Below, piece after piece: positions 40,186-53,121 of a DNA stretch of 64,000 bases (its first letter is position 1; the number at the start of each line of letters is the position of its first letter). Source of the DNA: Hydrolagus affinis (lineage: Eukaryota). The notes under the pieces are model-generated. The model saw only the letters and a list, made by a program, of their open reading frames with translations. It had not been told where the DNA came from and did no database searches. The DNA lies in NCBI GenBank assembly GCA_012026655.1, contig JAAILG010000098.1, forward strand, positions 62,001-126,000. Direction: 5' to 3'. A program made the translations under genes and the position numbers.

Positions 40186-43100
40186 TGCATGCTTTTTGAG
40201 AATCAAAGCAGATTTGGCACTGCCAATCATAGTGAACATCTGACAATTAAGTCACGTTAACGGCAGCACAACTGGCAACAGAGTAAAGTGTCCTATGTTC
40301 TTCCCCAACAAATTCACTGAACCCGAACTTTACAAGAGCAATCCCCAAAGTTGTGACATTTCCATTTTCTCTGCCAGCCACCCGTATTGCCCTCTTTGGG
40401 TGAGATGGCAACATTGTGCAAAATCGGCAACAGTTTTAATTTCTGGAAGCACAGACACGTGGAAAAAGATTGAGAGCAGAAAAAAATAGTAACTGGAAAT
40501 TGTAACAAAGGGCTTCTGGTCCCTGTGTACATTTTATGTGAAGTGGCCTTGTAACGTTTGCTTACCTAAGTAAGCAATTATTTTTCTGCACAAGAAGAAA
40601 TATAAGTCTCTTGATATGTTAATGTTATGAGAATCAATTTGACTCTTTTTTAATTGACAAGAACACTATTGCTTTGCACAATATTGGAGGTAAGCTAGGA
40701 AATGAGTAGAACGGCACAATATGGGTATTTCGATCCATCAACTATATATAAGTGCAAATTGAAACGATTAATGTGAGTGCTTTTGACATTAGTATAAACT
40801 AAAATGCATTTATCATCACAACTATCCTGTTGAACTCTTACAAAGTTAAAATCATGGAAAACATTATTGTCCCATGGAGAACAACTCATTATTTTCTAAG
40901 CAGGCAGCTGTTTGACTGGTGGCAGAAAAAAATATATTGCAGATGATATTGGAGCTGTACAAGCATCTTTCATGTACTGTCAAGGCATTGGACAGTAGGT
41001 TCAGGAATTAATTTATTAAACAGTTAATTAATTAATTATTTTATTGTTTGTAAGAAACCACTTGATATTGTGATAAGAAGACAATAGGACTTTTTTTTCA
41101 AAGATCAGGTCAAAGGCTTCTTTCTCAGAATTTCCCTTGTGATCAGTTGGACAAAGTGGCCATGATAACAGGTAGCTTCCAAATCCTAAGCTTCCCTCAG
41201 AGGAAGCATAGTCTTGTAGCCTTTACTGACGGGCAGGTGCTAACTTGATGTTAGTTAGCCCAATAGAATCATTTAGCATCTCGTACAAACCTGAAGATTT
41301 GTGGTAAATAAAAATTGCTTGTCGAGCATTGTTGTTGGGTTTTGCTTACCCATTTATACAACTGTGCGATCCTGAAAAAAAGACAATTTACATCCCTGCT
41401 TTGCTTATGTAAACAACCAGGCTACCACCATTACATTGTCAAGGCATTTGACACATAACTCTGACAGGTGCTTCTCCAGTAAAGCAAATTGACAGTCAAC
41501 AATCTTAGAAATTGATAACTCATCACATTTCATGGTTGTTTGTGGGACTGTACTGTCACAAAAATTGCTGTCACGTTTTTCCTGCAAGAAATTGCATTTG
41601 ACATTAATTGCTAGTGACGAGTTTGTACCATTCTAACATAAGACACAATAAAAAATTCTTTGCTTAAACAATTGGAAACGAGAAAAGGTAATTTCACCTT
41701 TTTTGCCTAGCCCTGTTTCGACGAGCCGACATCACATTCATGGTACCTGGTAGGATGGTAGTCATTAAGTTAACAATTCTTAAGTGAGAGTTAGTTCTAT
41801 TTTTAGTTGCATTTAAATCTTTGGCTGCAAATATTTTCAGTATGGATCAAAGAAAAGATCTTTGCAAAGAGACCTGTCACTGTGCATTCTATGGTCTGCC
41901 AGATTAAAAGGGCAAGTGCACAACTCATTGATTAGCTAAGACTCATTAGCTTACAGTTCTAAAATTTTACTTAGGGTACTGTGAATAGGAAATTTAGGTC
42001 CTTTTCAGGTTAATAATTGTTTTTGTTTGCTTTTGGGATGGGGGTGGGGGTTGGGAGTGGAGCAGTATATCTTATTTTGTGTATAAGAAATCCCTATGTA
42101 GGTCTAAATACACCATAGGCAAATAATTAAGGTGTTATGTACTCTGTATAATATTTAACACATAAATGCCCCAGGCATGGGAACTATTCCTTTATTAACT
42201 GCAAACCTATTTCTTGGAACTGTTAGCCTGGTATAAACGTGTTAAAGAGGGTGTTGCATTCAACTGGTCGTATAAATGTAGCCAATGTAGGCCAACCGGA
42301 AGAGATACTGAAGCTTTAAGAAGAGAGGTCAGAAATTTCTATTGCTAAAGGCAATTGTTAGCACGGGGCTTGTTACTACTGTGTTTCTTACTAGGGTCAC
42401 TGGAAACTAAATAGCGAGTGGCTTGTTGTGATGTGGACAGGCTGGAAATGATGCTGTCCGCATCTTGTGCTGTGAATTCAGTGGAAGGTTTATATGTGGT
42501 GACATGGAAATTATGTTTGCATTTTCATTTTGGTAGTGCTGCTGGTTGTCATGAAACTCACACTGACAGTTCTTTACCACCAGGCAGTAGATTCTTCTTG
42601 CAACATTTTTTGTGCAAGACAGATGCTACACAGTTATTTTTCAGAGTCCTTTTGCTCTGGACTATTCCAAGCGACAGATGCCAGGACAAGAACTGTTTCC
42701 CATGAACATTTCTGTCACAGCTCTGCCTTGAGCCCAAAGTGTGACCTTTTGTGAATAAAACAAAACCTTTTATGAAGAAGCGAAAACCTTCATCCAGAGC
42801 AAGCTCAAAGCAAATTTCAGGTCCTGTTCCCTTTCTCCGTCCACCTGGATTAGATGTCCAGTTTCACCCCAGCTCTCCAAATGCAGGCAGCAATCGGCCT
42901 TGTCACTTTAGGATTTAATAATTGTCGTGAGGCAGTTCTTATGTGAGTTTTATGCAAATACATTCGGGAGAGAAAAGGATGCAGAGAAGCATTAGATTGC
43001 CCTGGAACTCTTGCATGCTCAGTTCTGGATAGTCACCACACTTTATTTTTTACTGTCAAGACTGTTTGCAGCTTATTTAGGTCTTATCTTGATCATAGAA

Positions 43101-43943
43101 TTTAGCATAATTTTTGGGGGATGGGGTTGATTTTTCCAGTGGAAATCTGGCGGGTCTGATTTTTAAGTGGATGAGCAAACCCTCCTTCCCTGCAGGTCTC
43201 TTCCTATCCTCCCTTCTTCCCTCTGCCTTTCCCTACTCTAATTGCAGACTTTTCCCCCAGCAGTCCTCAAGGAATTGAAGTGGATAGGAATGTTCTGGCA
43301 CAGGATGCTGACTGCATGACGGCAATAAAAACTGCCTTTCGTCTGCCTTGTGCCCTGTTTCCTTGCATTGTAGTTAACCACGACATAAGGTGGTACAGGT
43401 GCACAGGTTGTAAACTTTAAAGCAAACTGAGCCAACGCAAGCAGCACCCTACCATTTCTCCCTTGCTCTGGTCTACTGATCGAGGTAAGAGAGACACACC
43501 TGTGCACTGTTTGGAAAATCCTTGAGGTTGGCATGCTTTGAGACGAACGGGATGCATAACATTCAAAAAGCATTTGCCGATAATGGCACCCATTATATAT
43601 ACCCTTGGTTCATTTCACCAGAGATAGAATTTAGACTCATGTGGAGTATAAACACTGGCATGTATTTGTTGGCACTGTTTTGTGCCAACAATATACTGTA
43701 CAATCTGTGTAAATCTATGTAGAATGTCTGCTGGAGATGAATGGCATTCAAAGTAGCAATTTTCGGGATGAAAGCTCAAAGCATAGTGCATACTCGTGTC
43801 GACCGTTGAAAATCAAGTGGTTTGTACTTAATGCATCTATTCCCCCCCCCTTCTGCTTGTCATGGACAATCTCTCATGGTGCATGACACGCATTTATTGT
43901 TATCCCCTTCCTTAACCTGTCATTTTCTTTCCGTTGTCTTCAG

Positions 43944-43976
43944 CAAAGTATAACTATAACGGATTTATCACCTCAA
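43944..43976 (+). CDS. KCNMA1: Putative site-2 33-nt cassette exon: (P/S)KYNYNGFITS(I)
   Basis: Sequence ttttctttccgttgtcttcag|CAAAGTATAACTATAACGGATTTATCACCTCAA|gtaagt; phase 1 to 1, no stop; TGCATG at 43880 and a YCAY cluster downstream. Confidence 0.75.
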
Positions 43977-45544
43977 GTAAGTCATTGATTTGTCAATAAT
44001 TATTAATTTTTCTGTTGCCTCCCACATGGTTTATTTCTGTATCCCTTCTCATTTAATCCATTTGTCTTGCTGCCCACAAATGTCATTAGCTTCATTCTGT
44101 TTCATCAGTATCGTTCCTTCTGAAGCAGCCCAGTGATCACTCAGTTTTATTTACAATCTGTTTAATCGCTGGGATTTGGGGATCTGAGGACAGCATTGTT
44201 TGAGGCTGGTGACCTTTTTGACAGGTGAAGCAATTTGAGTTTGCCTAACCAAGCTATGACATTACCATGGTAACTGGCCCTTCCCGCATGTACCTTGTCT
44301 TGGTCCCTCTCCCCCTGACCTTGCTTCTGTGCCTGTCTCTCTCACCCCCTGGCTTTTTCCCTCATCAATTCCCCCCACTCCACATTCTAGCCTTGCTCCC
44401 GCTCTGGTCCTGCAATCCTCTCTAGGTTAGACTATGCCTCACTTGCATCATCTGATCAGTCACCACAATCCCAAGTTCGATTGACTGATGCGAACGTTTT
44501 CAAAACATTCAGGCCTGTTTAATCAGATTCTCTGCCTTCACCTGAGCCCATACACATATCTAAGGTCAAATGCTCTTAATCCTTACATGCTGGCCTTGAA
44601 ACTGGACATATTTGCTTCAGCGCATGCTTGCCCCACATTTCCCAAGTACCGATGTCAGCAGTATTTGGGGGAGCTTTCATTTCTTCAACTCCTGCTCATG
44701 GCAAGTCTTACAAACCCTGGTCTGTGCATAGATCAAAAATAATTGCTACACATGGTTAAAGTACCCGCTGAGCTGTCCTCTGTCACTTTCACTGCTCTAT
44801 CTGGATTTGCAGTCTGCTCAGATTTAAAATTTCTAATTTGAAAATGAAACTGGAAAGGTCCTCTGTGGGTTCTCTTAGCCACGTGCAGTGGAGTAAGCTA
44901 AGGGAACCACCAGGTTACATTTTTGATCTCATGGTCAAAAACATGAGAACAAATTACCTGGACACTGAATTTAGAGATTGCAGCCCTTATTCTCTGTTGA
45001 CAATTTCTTTTTCTTTGATGTTATTCATAGTTCACTTTTTACTGTTACGTTGAAACAAAGTACAGTACTCATTTCTTACAGTTGTGTACTGTTGAGGGGT
45101 GATGGGGTGTTGGAGAGGGAGTGAGAGATATGGAGGCGTGAGAGCAAAAGAGGAGAATTTTGTGTTGAAGAATAGCGGTGATGGTTGACAGATAGTGGAG
45201 TATTAGTCTGTCTCTAGGTGCAGCTATTGACTGTATTATGCAATACATGAGTTATCTCAAACTCCACAACATTGCATGGCTAAATTAATTGATGACAGTC
45301 AGAATGACAGTGTAACAAATGCACAAGAAAATTGTGTTTGTGTGCAAAGAAAAAGCTGTTGAGGTTTTCAGTATTTTTGAGATTGAATGTTCAAATAATC
45401 AATCCATCCTTTTGTGCAGAGCAGCAGTGTGGTCACTGTGTTTGTTACTCATAATCAGAACTGGTTGCTGCATCTTAAAACAAAGTGCATGGCACAACTA
45501 TGTGAATGTAAATGATCTTTCTACAAATTCTAGTATTGCTTACA

Positions 45545-46085
45545 GCAACAACAAATTACATTTGTATAGCATTTTTCATGGCAAAAGAATGTACCATGGT
45601 GCTGGACAGTCAAGAATTTACATCCGAGCTGGATGTTAGGATCAAGAGGGGTGAAGAGCAGGGAGGGTGGGGGTGGGAGGATGATTAAAGGCCCTGTCAG
45701 AAGAGGAAGATGTCCATTTAAGGAGGCAAGTGAGGAGGACAAGGCGAAGGGATTATGGGATGAAGTTCCAAAGGTTTGGGGTAGAGAGGTGGAAGGCCTG
45801 ACCAATGATGGTGGGGGGGGGGCATACGATAGTCCGAAGGTTCGATAGTCCGAACATACAAATTTCCTATACCCGGGGTGGTTACCGTGATTACCGCTCG
45901 ATAGTCCGAACCGACAATGAAATAAGGTTTGTTAATCCGAACATTTCCATCCTTAGGGTTAGAGTTAGGGTTAGGGGAAGCTTCGGACTAATGAACCCTT
46001 TCGGACTAACGAACCTTCGGACTATCGAGCTGTAACCGATGGTGGGCAGCCAGGCCTGGGGACATGGAACAAGCCAGAGTCCACA
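45545..46085 (-). mobile_element. L2-type LINE 3' fragment interrupted by a DNA element
   Basis: Tail caacaacaaattacatttgtatagc; body similar to 22200-22290; split at 45816-46037. Confidence 0.65.
45816..46037. mobile_element. 222-bp non-autonomous DNA element with subterminal inverted repeats, internal TTAGGG units and a 9-bp TSD
   Basis: gatggtggg at 45807-45815 and 46038-46046; cgatagtccgaaggttcg.tagtccgaa inverted near both ends; ttagggttagagttagggttaggg at 45953-45976. Confidence 0.8.
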
Positions 46086-48135
46086 GACCTGGTCATTTAC
46101 CACTTTATCTGGTATTGTTTTGAACCTTGATTTCTAATTACAATGTTGGTGGGTATCAAGCAGTCTGTTTTGAATATTGGATGAATTTCACAGACAGCAG
46201 GTGGTGCTACAACTTAAGGAATAAACTGTGACTGAGATCACATACAAAATGCACATATAGACATGATAGCAAGTTTATTTCCTTATTCTCTTGTTTATTT
46301 TCCCCAAGTATTTCACAGCCCTACAGCCATTGCAAATGTTCCAATTCAAATCAATTAAATAAACTGCAGACAGATCTAACCTCTCTTATTTTTCTTTGTA
46401 AGTCTGTAAAGTTTTACAACACCCAAGGAGGCCACCTTGAGCTTAAACTAACTCCCCACTGCTGGAGCTATCTGCTCACAGCCCATTGCCATTGCTCTCC
46501 CCCCTCCCCCCATACATAGACCTTTTGTTTTGTTTCTCCTCTAGTATTTATCCAACTCCCTTTTAAATGTTGCAGTGGAATCGTCTTTCAACAGCTATTT
46601 GGGGAAAGCCATTCATATTGTAACAATCAAGCAAACATTTTCTTCTCATCTCCTTACCCCATGCTCCCTTACTCCCCACCTTTTTTTTCATCTCGTGAAA
46701 AAAATTAAATTTCTGAAGCTTATCCTCTGTTTTAGAGTTTTTAGATGGAATCTGATATTATCCTGTAACCAAAGTTGCAATTCCAATTTATAGTGTTAGT
46801 GCTTATGGCGGAAGTGTAACTTGTGCCTCTGTAACATTAGGGAAGACGGTCTGTTGTTTGTGCTTTTGGCTAATGTAGTGTTCAGTAGTGGAGTTGCTAG
46901 CAATGCTTTAGCACGTGTTGCTTTACCAGCCACCGAACAAAGGCCCTTAAACTCTCAAGTTAACCAGGCTAGAGAATATAAATAATCAGGTTCAAGGAAC
47001 GCCACGTTTTTGTGGATGAAACACATATTTTTCTTTTTGTATCTGATCTTTCAAATTGCCAACCAGTCTTTACATAACTGATAAGAAATGCGCGGCAAGC
47101 TCATCATCTGCTTCGTTTCGCGCAAACAGACAGCAGCCGTCTTGATCATTCTGGATCCTCCGTGAAACTGCCACACTGCGTATTCTCAAACTAATGCTGT
47201 ATATGTTTGACAACGCACAGATGAATCCAGGAGTTATCGGTGCGGGGGTTTGAATCTAAGCGGCAGCTGACGTTAGAATCAGCCTCCATGTATAGCTCTA
47301 AGCTAGTTCGGGGAAGCTGTGCTGCTGTGGTATGAAGGATTTTTAAAAAATGCCTTCAGTAATGTGTGGAAGAGAAATATTTTTCACGAAAAAAAGCCAT
47401 TGGCCTGCATTAAAATTGAAATGAGCTTCATAAGTAATTCTGAAAATTTGTGACACTTTGTGATCATTTAACTAAGATCCAAAATAATGACTGCATTAAT
47501 TAAAACCCATCCAATTACCTGAGATTAGCTATTAAAAACTGAAGTATCAAATGTGGAGTTATATATCTTCGAGCTGTTTGCTTCAGAAATCTAGTCTGCC
47601 TCAAGTATTTGATGTGAATTTTATACGTCTTTCAAAATCGAAATTGCAAAGACTTTTTTCCATAGGAAATCATAAATAATGCAATGGCAGTAATGCAATA
47701 TTTATTTTTAACAAGTTAATTCATGGGGAGATGCTTGTGATTATTCATGGGGCGATGTTTATGTCATTAGATGCGATTAAAGATGTTTGCTCTGAATATT
47801 TATATTTATTATTGTGCATGTCTCCCATGCCTCTCTAAAGTTTAAATTAATCACACTTCTGGTTCAAATTATTTCATACCATTTATGGGGCATTGTTTAT
47901 TACGATTTAGTGTTACTGCACTTACTGTTGAAACTTGGATATTGGTTGCTTGTACTCTGTGGTCTGACCATGTTATCAAACTGTTGGCGAATATGGGAAA
48001 ATCTCCTTAAAATTTGGCATCAATATGATCTGAGATTGGTGTCACCTGTCACTAATACCAATAGTTTGACAGATAAGATGCATTTTCTTTATAAATGTCA
48101 TAATCCTGGGTCCATGGGCTTGGTCAAGTATTAGC

Positions 48136-48232
48136 GTGTGTATGTATGCATGTGTGTCTACATGTGCTGTGTGTATACACATCCGCATGAATGTATATGT
48201 GTGTGAATATGTGTGTGTGTATATGTATGTGC
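48136..48232. repeat. Imperfect (TG/TA)n microsatellite
   Basis: gtgtgtatgtatgcatgtgtgtc...gtgtgtgtgtatatgtatgt. Confidence 0.7.
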
Positions 48233-48759
48233 AGTGGAGGAAGGACTAAACTGATATCATACCTCTAAATATTGACATAAAGTATTGAAGGTAAATTAAC
48301 TGACTTTAAAGCCTGTCAAATTAGGTCTTTGACCATTACAGTTAATGTCTCTCTCATGTTGGCATCAGTGCCTTCTGCTCCGGAGATATTTGGCTTGCAA
48401 TGTTGTGTTGTCGCCAGCGGAAACTTGACATCCTTCTCTGTCCTGCAGTATTTGTAACTCAGTACTTGATTGATTTCTCAGGAAAGGATATACAGTACTT
48501 AGGTTAAGGGCTTATTATTGAAAGAACAAGTTTGTAAAATATTGTTCCGAGTAATGCACGAAATACTGAAGAGTCATGGTGTGGGTATGGGTGGGAGGGT
48601 CTGAGAGATGTCCCATTTGTCTCCTCCCCAAACTGCAATCTGGGTGCTGCTCAGTTACATGCTTTGCAGGAAGAAAGGGGAAGATTATTTGTCTTGCTCT
48701 CAACATCACAATGTTTGCAACTGAGCACCATGACATGTGGAGAACAAGGTTGCCTCGGT

Positions 48760-49085
48760 GATCAAATGTGATCTTGTTTTGATGGTGTAAGGCGGAGGGG
48801 CTCCAGGATACAGATCCGGAGGGTGGGGGCAGAAAGGTCAAAGGCTCAACCACCAATAGTGGAGCAGATAGAGTGGATGTGGAGCAGATGGGTACCTGCC
48901 AAGTGGGGGAGCGGATAGTTGGCAAAGATTTAGTGGGTCACAGAGGTTTACCCCACCAGCGAAGCCAGGAGAGAATGGGGGTGATCGACTCACGGAGTTA
49001 AGATAGGAACTTACAAACAGGGATACAAGGAGGCAGGTCAGCAGCCCAGTGACATTATTCCAGGTGACTCCTTTCAGGTGGGTCA
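48760..49085 (-). mobile_element. Degenerate L2-type LINE 3' fragment
   Basis: Reverse strand ctattggtggttgagcctttgacctttctgcccccaccctccgg is a decayed IGGRAFS.SAP.LWN motif. Confidence 0.55.
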
Positions 49086-49728
49086 AGAGTGACGTCACCT
49101 ATAAAGGAGATCTCCTGCCTGCCTTCCTTGAAGATGGTGGGACTCACAGAAGAAATATTTTTATATTAAGTGTTTTTTTATTTTTGCTGGAATCCAATTG
49201 GCCAAATTTATTTGATTGATTTATGCCTTAATGATTGATACCAATGATGGAAACTAGTCATTTGCACTATGATACATTATTGTGCAAATGGTTAAAAAAA
49301 AGTGTAATGATAGTCACAGGAGAAGGTGATGGAGATAATGAGTGTGTGACATTATACGGTAAGTATTCATGCACACTGGGTCTGGCGGTGCTGATGCTAT
49401 CCAGATTGTGAACTGTAACAGCAAGTAAATAGAGGCCTGGCGCACCGTACGCTTGTTCTTCCATTCCCCAACTTGTCATCGCGTTACCCCACCTTAAAGG
49501 TTACAACTGAGATCAGACCTGGGTATTGATTCATCTTGCTGACGTTTGGCATTCTATGTTTTCCACATCTGTTTTGCACTGACAATTTAACTGCAATGGG
49601 TATTTTTTTTTCTGTTGTTACAGAAATTAAACAAAAATGCCCATTTTTGCCAACAATAACATTGTGAAAATGCAAATGCCTCGTTGTGCTTTGTTTCTTA
49701 ATGTGTCCACTTTTTTTTTACTTGGCAG

Positions 49729-50016
49729 TAAAGGATGAAGCTGAACCAGGTTTGCTAAATGACTCACTTAAAGCCCGCTCCACCAAGTCCCACACATTGT
49801 CAAATGCTGTACCTATTACAGAAGGCCCTGAAGCCGTGCAGCTTGTTAATAACCGTAAAGGAAGCCTCTACTTGTCCAGTGACTCTTCACTCAGGCGCCT
49901 AAGTCTGCTGAATACAAGTGATCAAGGAAGAGGTGCCCAGTGTAGGTTACAGCGTGCACGCAGCTTGCCTGTGAAATACAGATACCACCCCAACAACGCT
50001 ACATGCGACGATCTCT
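49729..50016 (+). CDS. KCNMA1: Putative site-2 288-nt (96-codon) cassette exon: KDEAEPGLLNDSLKARSTKSH...NRKGSLYLSSDSSLRRLSLL...RLQRARSLPVKYRYHPNNATCDDL(F)
   Basis: Acceptor ttttttttacttggcag, donor t|gtaggt at 50017; phase 1 to 1; open frame inside ORF 49686..50168; hydrophilic linker-like composition; TGCATG at 50062. Confidence 0.75.
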
Positions 50017-50504
50017 GTAGGTTTCCCCTCGACTGCACTTGTCAGCCAGTGCAGATACATATGCATGAAATTCTAGCTTTGGGTGTTTTTATTTTGTTCC
50101 TCCCAAAAACCCAAATCTGCCAAGTGATGATAAGACAATGGGGCCCTCCAGATGTGATCCTTTTCTGATCTGGTGTGAACTCAACCTCTGCTCAATAGCA
50201 ACCTAGACATGGGGGAGATGGGGGGTTGGGGATTGGGGGGATAAGCAGTTGGAAGAAGGGGGAATTATGATCTTACATAAATAAATAAAATTTCCTGGTT
50301 AGTACAAAAAAATCTTCATTATAAGAACTGCCATTTTCTGAGTTTATTCCCATGTAAACTTCATTGTGTTTTGAAGTTTAAGTGAGAAAATAGTTGCGTT
50401 ACAATCGCTGCAGTTTTGTTGTGTTGACGTAACATATTGTTGAGCAGAAATTTCAGGATCCCCAAAAAAACAGAAGCAAAGTTATATCATATCTAATCTA
50501 ATTC

Positions 50505-50663
50505 GTCACTAATGATTGTCGGCCTGTGCCTTCCTGTGCAATTGGCTGCTGGGTTTCACCCACAAAATACATAATCACTACACTTTACAGTACGTACTGT
50601 GAAGCGCTTTGGGACATCTTGAAGATATAATAAAGCGCTATATCAAATGCAAAGATTATTATT
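50505..50663 (+). mobile_element. SINE 3' portion
   Basis: gtgcaattggctgctgggtttcacccacaaaatac...gtgaagcgctttgggacatcttgaaga...aaagcgctatatcaaatgcaaagattattatt. Confidence 0.8.
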
Positions 50664-53121
50664 TAGAACTCTTTCTATTTACTGTATGTAAATATCTGTT
50701 GCTGTAGATTCTAACCCACCATTGTACATGTCACTCTGTGTACATTATTCAGAGGGTACAACCTCAAAGTTTGAAGAAGCAATGCACTGTCCCAGTACAA
50801 TGATACCGAAAAGCATAGACAAATCTCTTAGCAACTAGGAAATAAAGAACAAAATGACATTACAAATGAGGATTGAAAACAGCTTGAGTTTTTTTTTGCA
50901 ATAATATATTACACCTTTAAAGGAAAAGAATACGTCTTTCCCAGGTTTTGTGGATCACTCTCTCGGGGAATCATGTCATCTTATCACTTGCCAGTAATAA
51001 CAGTTTGAAGTTTGACTAAACATCTTCCAGAAAATGATTGAGAATTCCCGTGCCAGAACTTTTCTTTTAACTTTCAAACCAGACAACATCCCAGTCCGCC
51101 CATATTAAACAACCCTTGAAATTATTTTCTTTCCAGCTACAAGTCTGGCCGTGGCTCGAGTCTTTTGTAGGCAGACACACTTTAGGAGTTTTTTTTTAAA
51201 AAAGAAATATTTTTTATAAACTAATCTCTTTACTAATTCCATACTAGACAATATAGCCAATTACACACAGAAAGTGCTGGCAGATGTCATTACTAACAGA
51301 TTAAAAGTAACAGTGAAATGCAACTTAAATGATCAAGCTGGATATTTGAGTTGTGTCTAAGCAAAACTTGCACAGTTAAAATAATTCAGTCCACTTCAAT
51401 GGAGGAGCTTTTTTTTGCTCTTTTGTCATGTGCCATTCTTTGATTCAGCCTCGTAGCTATATACACACTCACACACATATACACCTACAACATTCATTTT
51501 GGGAGCCTGAACTAGTTTCAGTTTGGCATGCCTTCCTGAGAGCTCAAAAGGGTTAGCAGAGTATATGGGAGCAGGGAAATGTGTAGTAAGCAAACTCCAG
51601 ACAGTAACCTTGTACAGTACCAAGTTATTTTCTTTTGCAATTCTGTATTTCCATTTATTTCTTTGCCAGTGATGGACCATCCTTCCTGACAATTACTTGA
51701 GGCATTGTTTTTATATTCTCTCTATCAGCTCTCCTCTCATTACTCAATTCTAACTATTTTGTTTCGCTCAGATTGTTGTACAGTACCAATATATGTGGCT
51801 ACTCTCTGTAGGATAGTTGAAATTGTGAAAAAACAATTGAAAAAAAAACATCCTTTATTTCTTGATGTACACAAAGATGTATATGTGTATTTGTGGGCCT
51901 GTTTTTCCACAAGAATATACAGTGTCTCCATTTTACGATATAACTTTTATAACTCCATCCCGACCCCAACTCGGATCCGAAACACTGACTATCCATGAAA
52001 GGCGTTATACAAATGTAATTTTGTTGTTGTTGTTGAAGCACTTTGAGATGTCCTCCCATCTTGCAAGGTTCTAAATCGAATACAAGGATCATTATTATTT
52101 TATCATTATTGATCCCAAAAGCCCTTTATTTGAAGGACTCAGGAAATATTTTATCCCTTCAGTAAATTCATGAATGCAGTCTGACTTTTCATGAATTTTT
52201 CTGAACCATGTCGTAAGCAAGGTTTCGGCTGAATTTAACAAGATATCCAAATCTCTTATTCAGTTAATGTAAACCTTGAACTGAATGACAGATGAGATAT
52301 ACAGAAACAATGTGGTGTGGATTTAAAATCTTTGGAGTGTTAAAATGTGGCTAATGTAGACAACTTGAATTAATAGTGTCTTCTTAATGGATTAAATCCT
52401 TGGGTTACACTTTGCCTGGCTTTTTAACGGGCAACTGCACTGTCATTCTTTGAAAGGCTGGAGATTACACTTGGTAGGATTTTCTCACACACTTGTTTGT
52501 TTTGCTCAATCCTGCAAATTCCTTCATAGTTCCTGTAGTCACTGCTGGTTTAACATTGAAGGCTGTGAGCCGGAAACAGTGCGTTAATGCTGCACGCTCT
52601 AGAGTGACACCTTCTTTAACCCGAGTGGTTTGATTTCTACTTAAAAAGAATTGTCGTATTTTAGATATTTAACCTGCACAAGTCTTCAATTTTGTTATTT
52701 ACGCTTTCTGAATGGGGCAGTTGGTTCCTTCACCCTCAACCACCCAAATTGAAACTGTGTGCCTTCCCTGTGAGTCCTGTTTTGATAAACATTGTTTTCA
52801 ACTTTCTTTTAATTGATATCATGTGTGTGTATGTGTGTGTTTAGTGTTTTGCAATATTGAGTGCTAGATTACCTTAGTCACGCCTTTAGGATTTTGAACT
52901 GGTTTGTTTTTGATTAATACGTTAGACCGTACTTAGTCCTCATTTGATTTGATTTTCTTTTCCCCGAGTAACCCGTTCATTGCTATATAGTGGAGATCTT
53001 TAACTTTCATAATGAGTCACTTTCTGTTTAAATATGCATTTTTAAAAAAAAATGTTTAATTTCCATTTCGGGCATACTTCTGAAAATGGCTCCTAAACTC
53101 ACATCTTCCGTATGTTTGCAG

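Noticed and set aside
45826-46030. Repeated tagtccgaa units as a CRISPR-like array or true telomere
   Set aside because: Units are short, irregularly spaced, inverted and bounded by a TSD, which is transposon architecture in a vertebrate intron.
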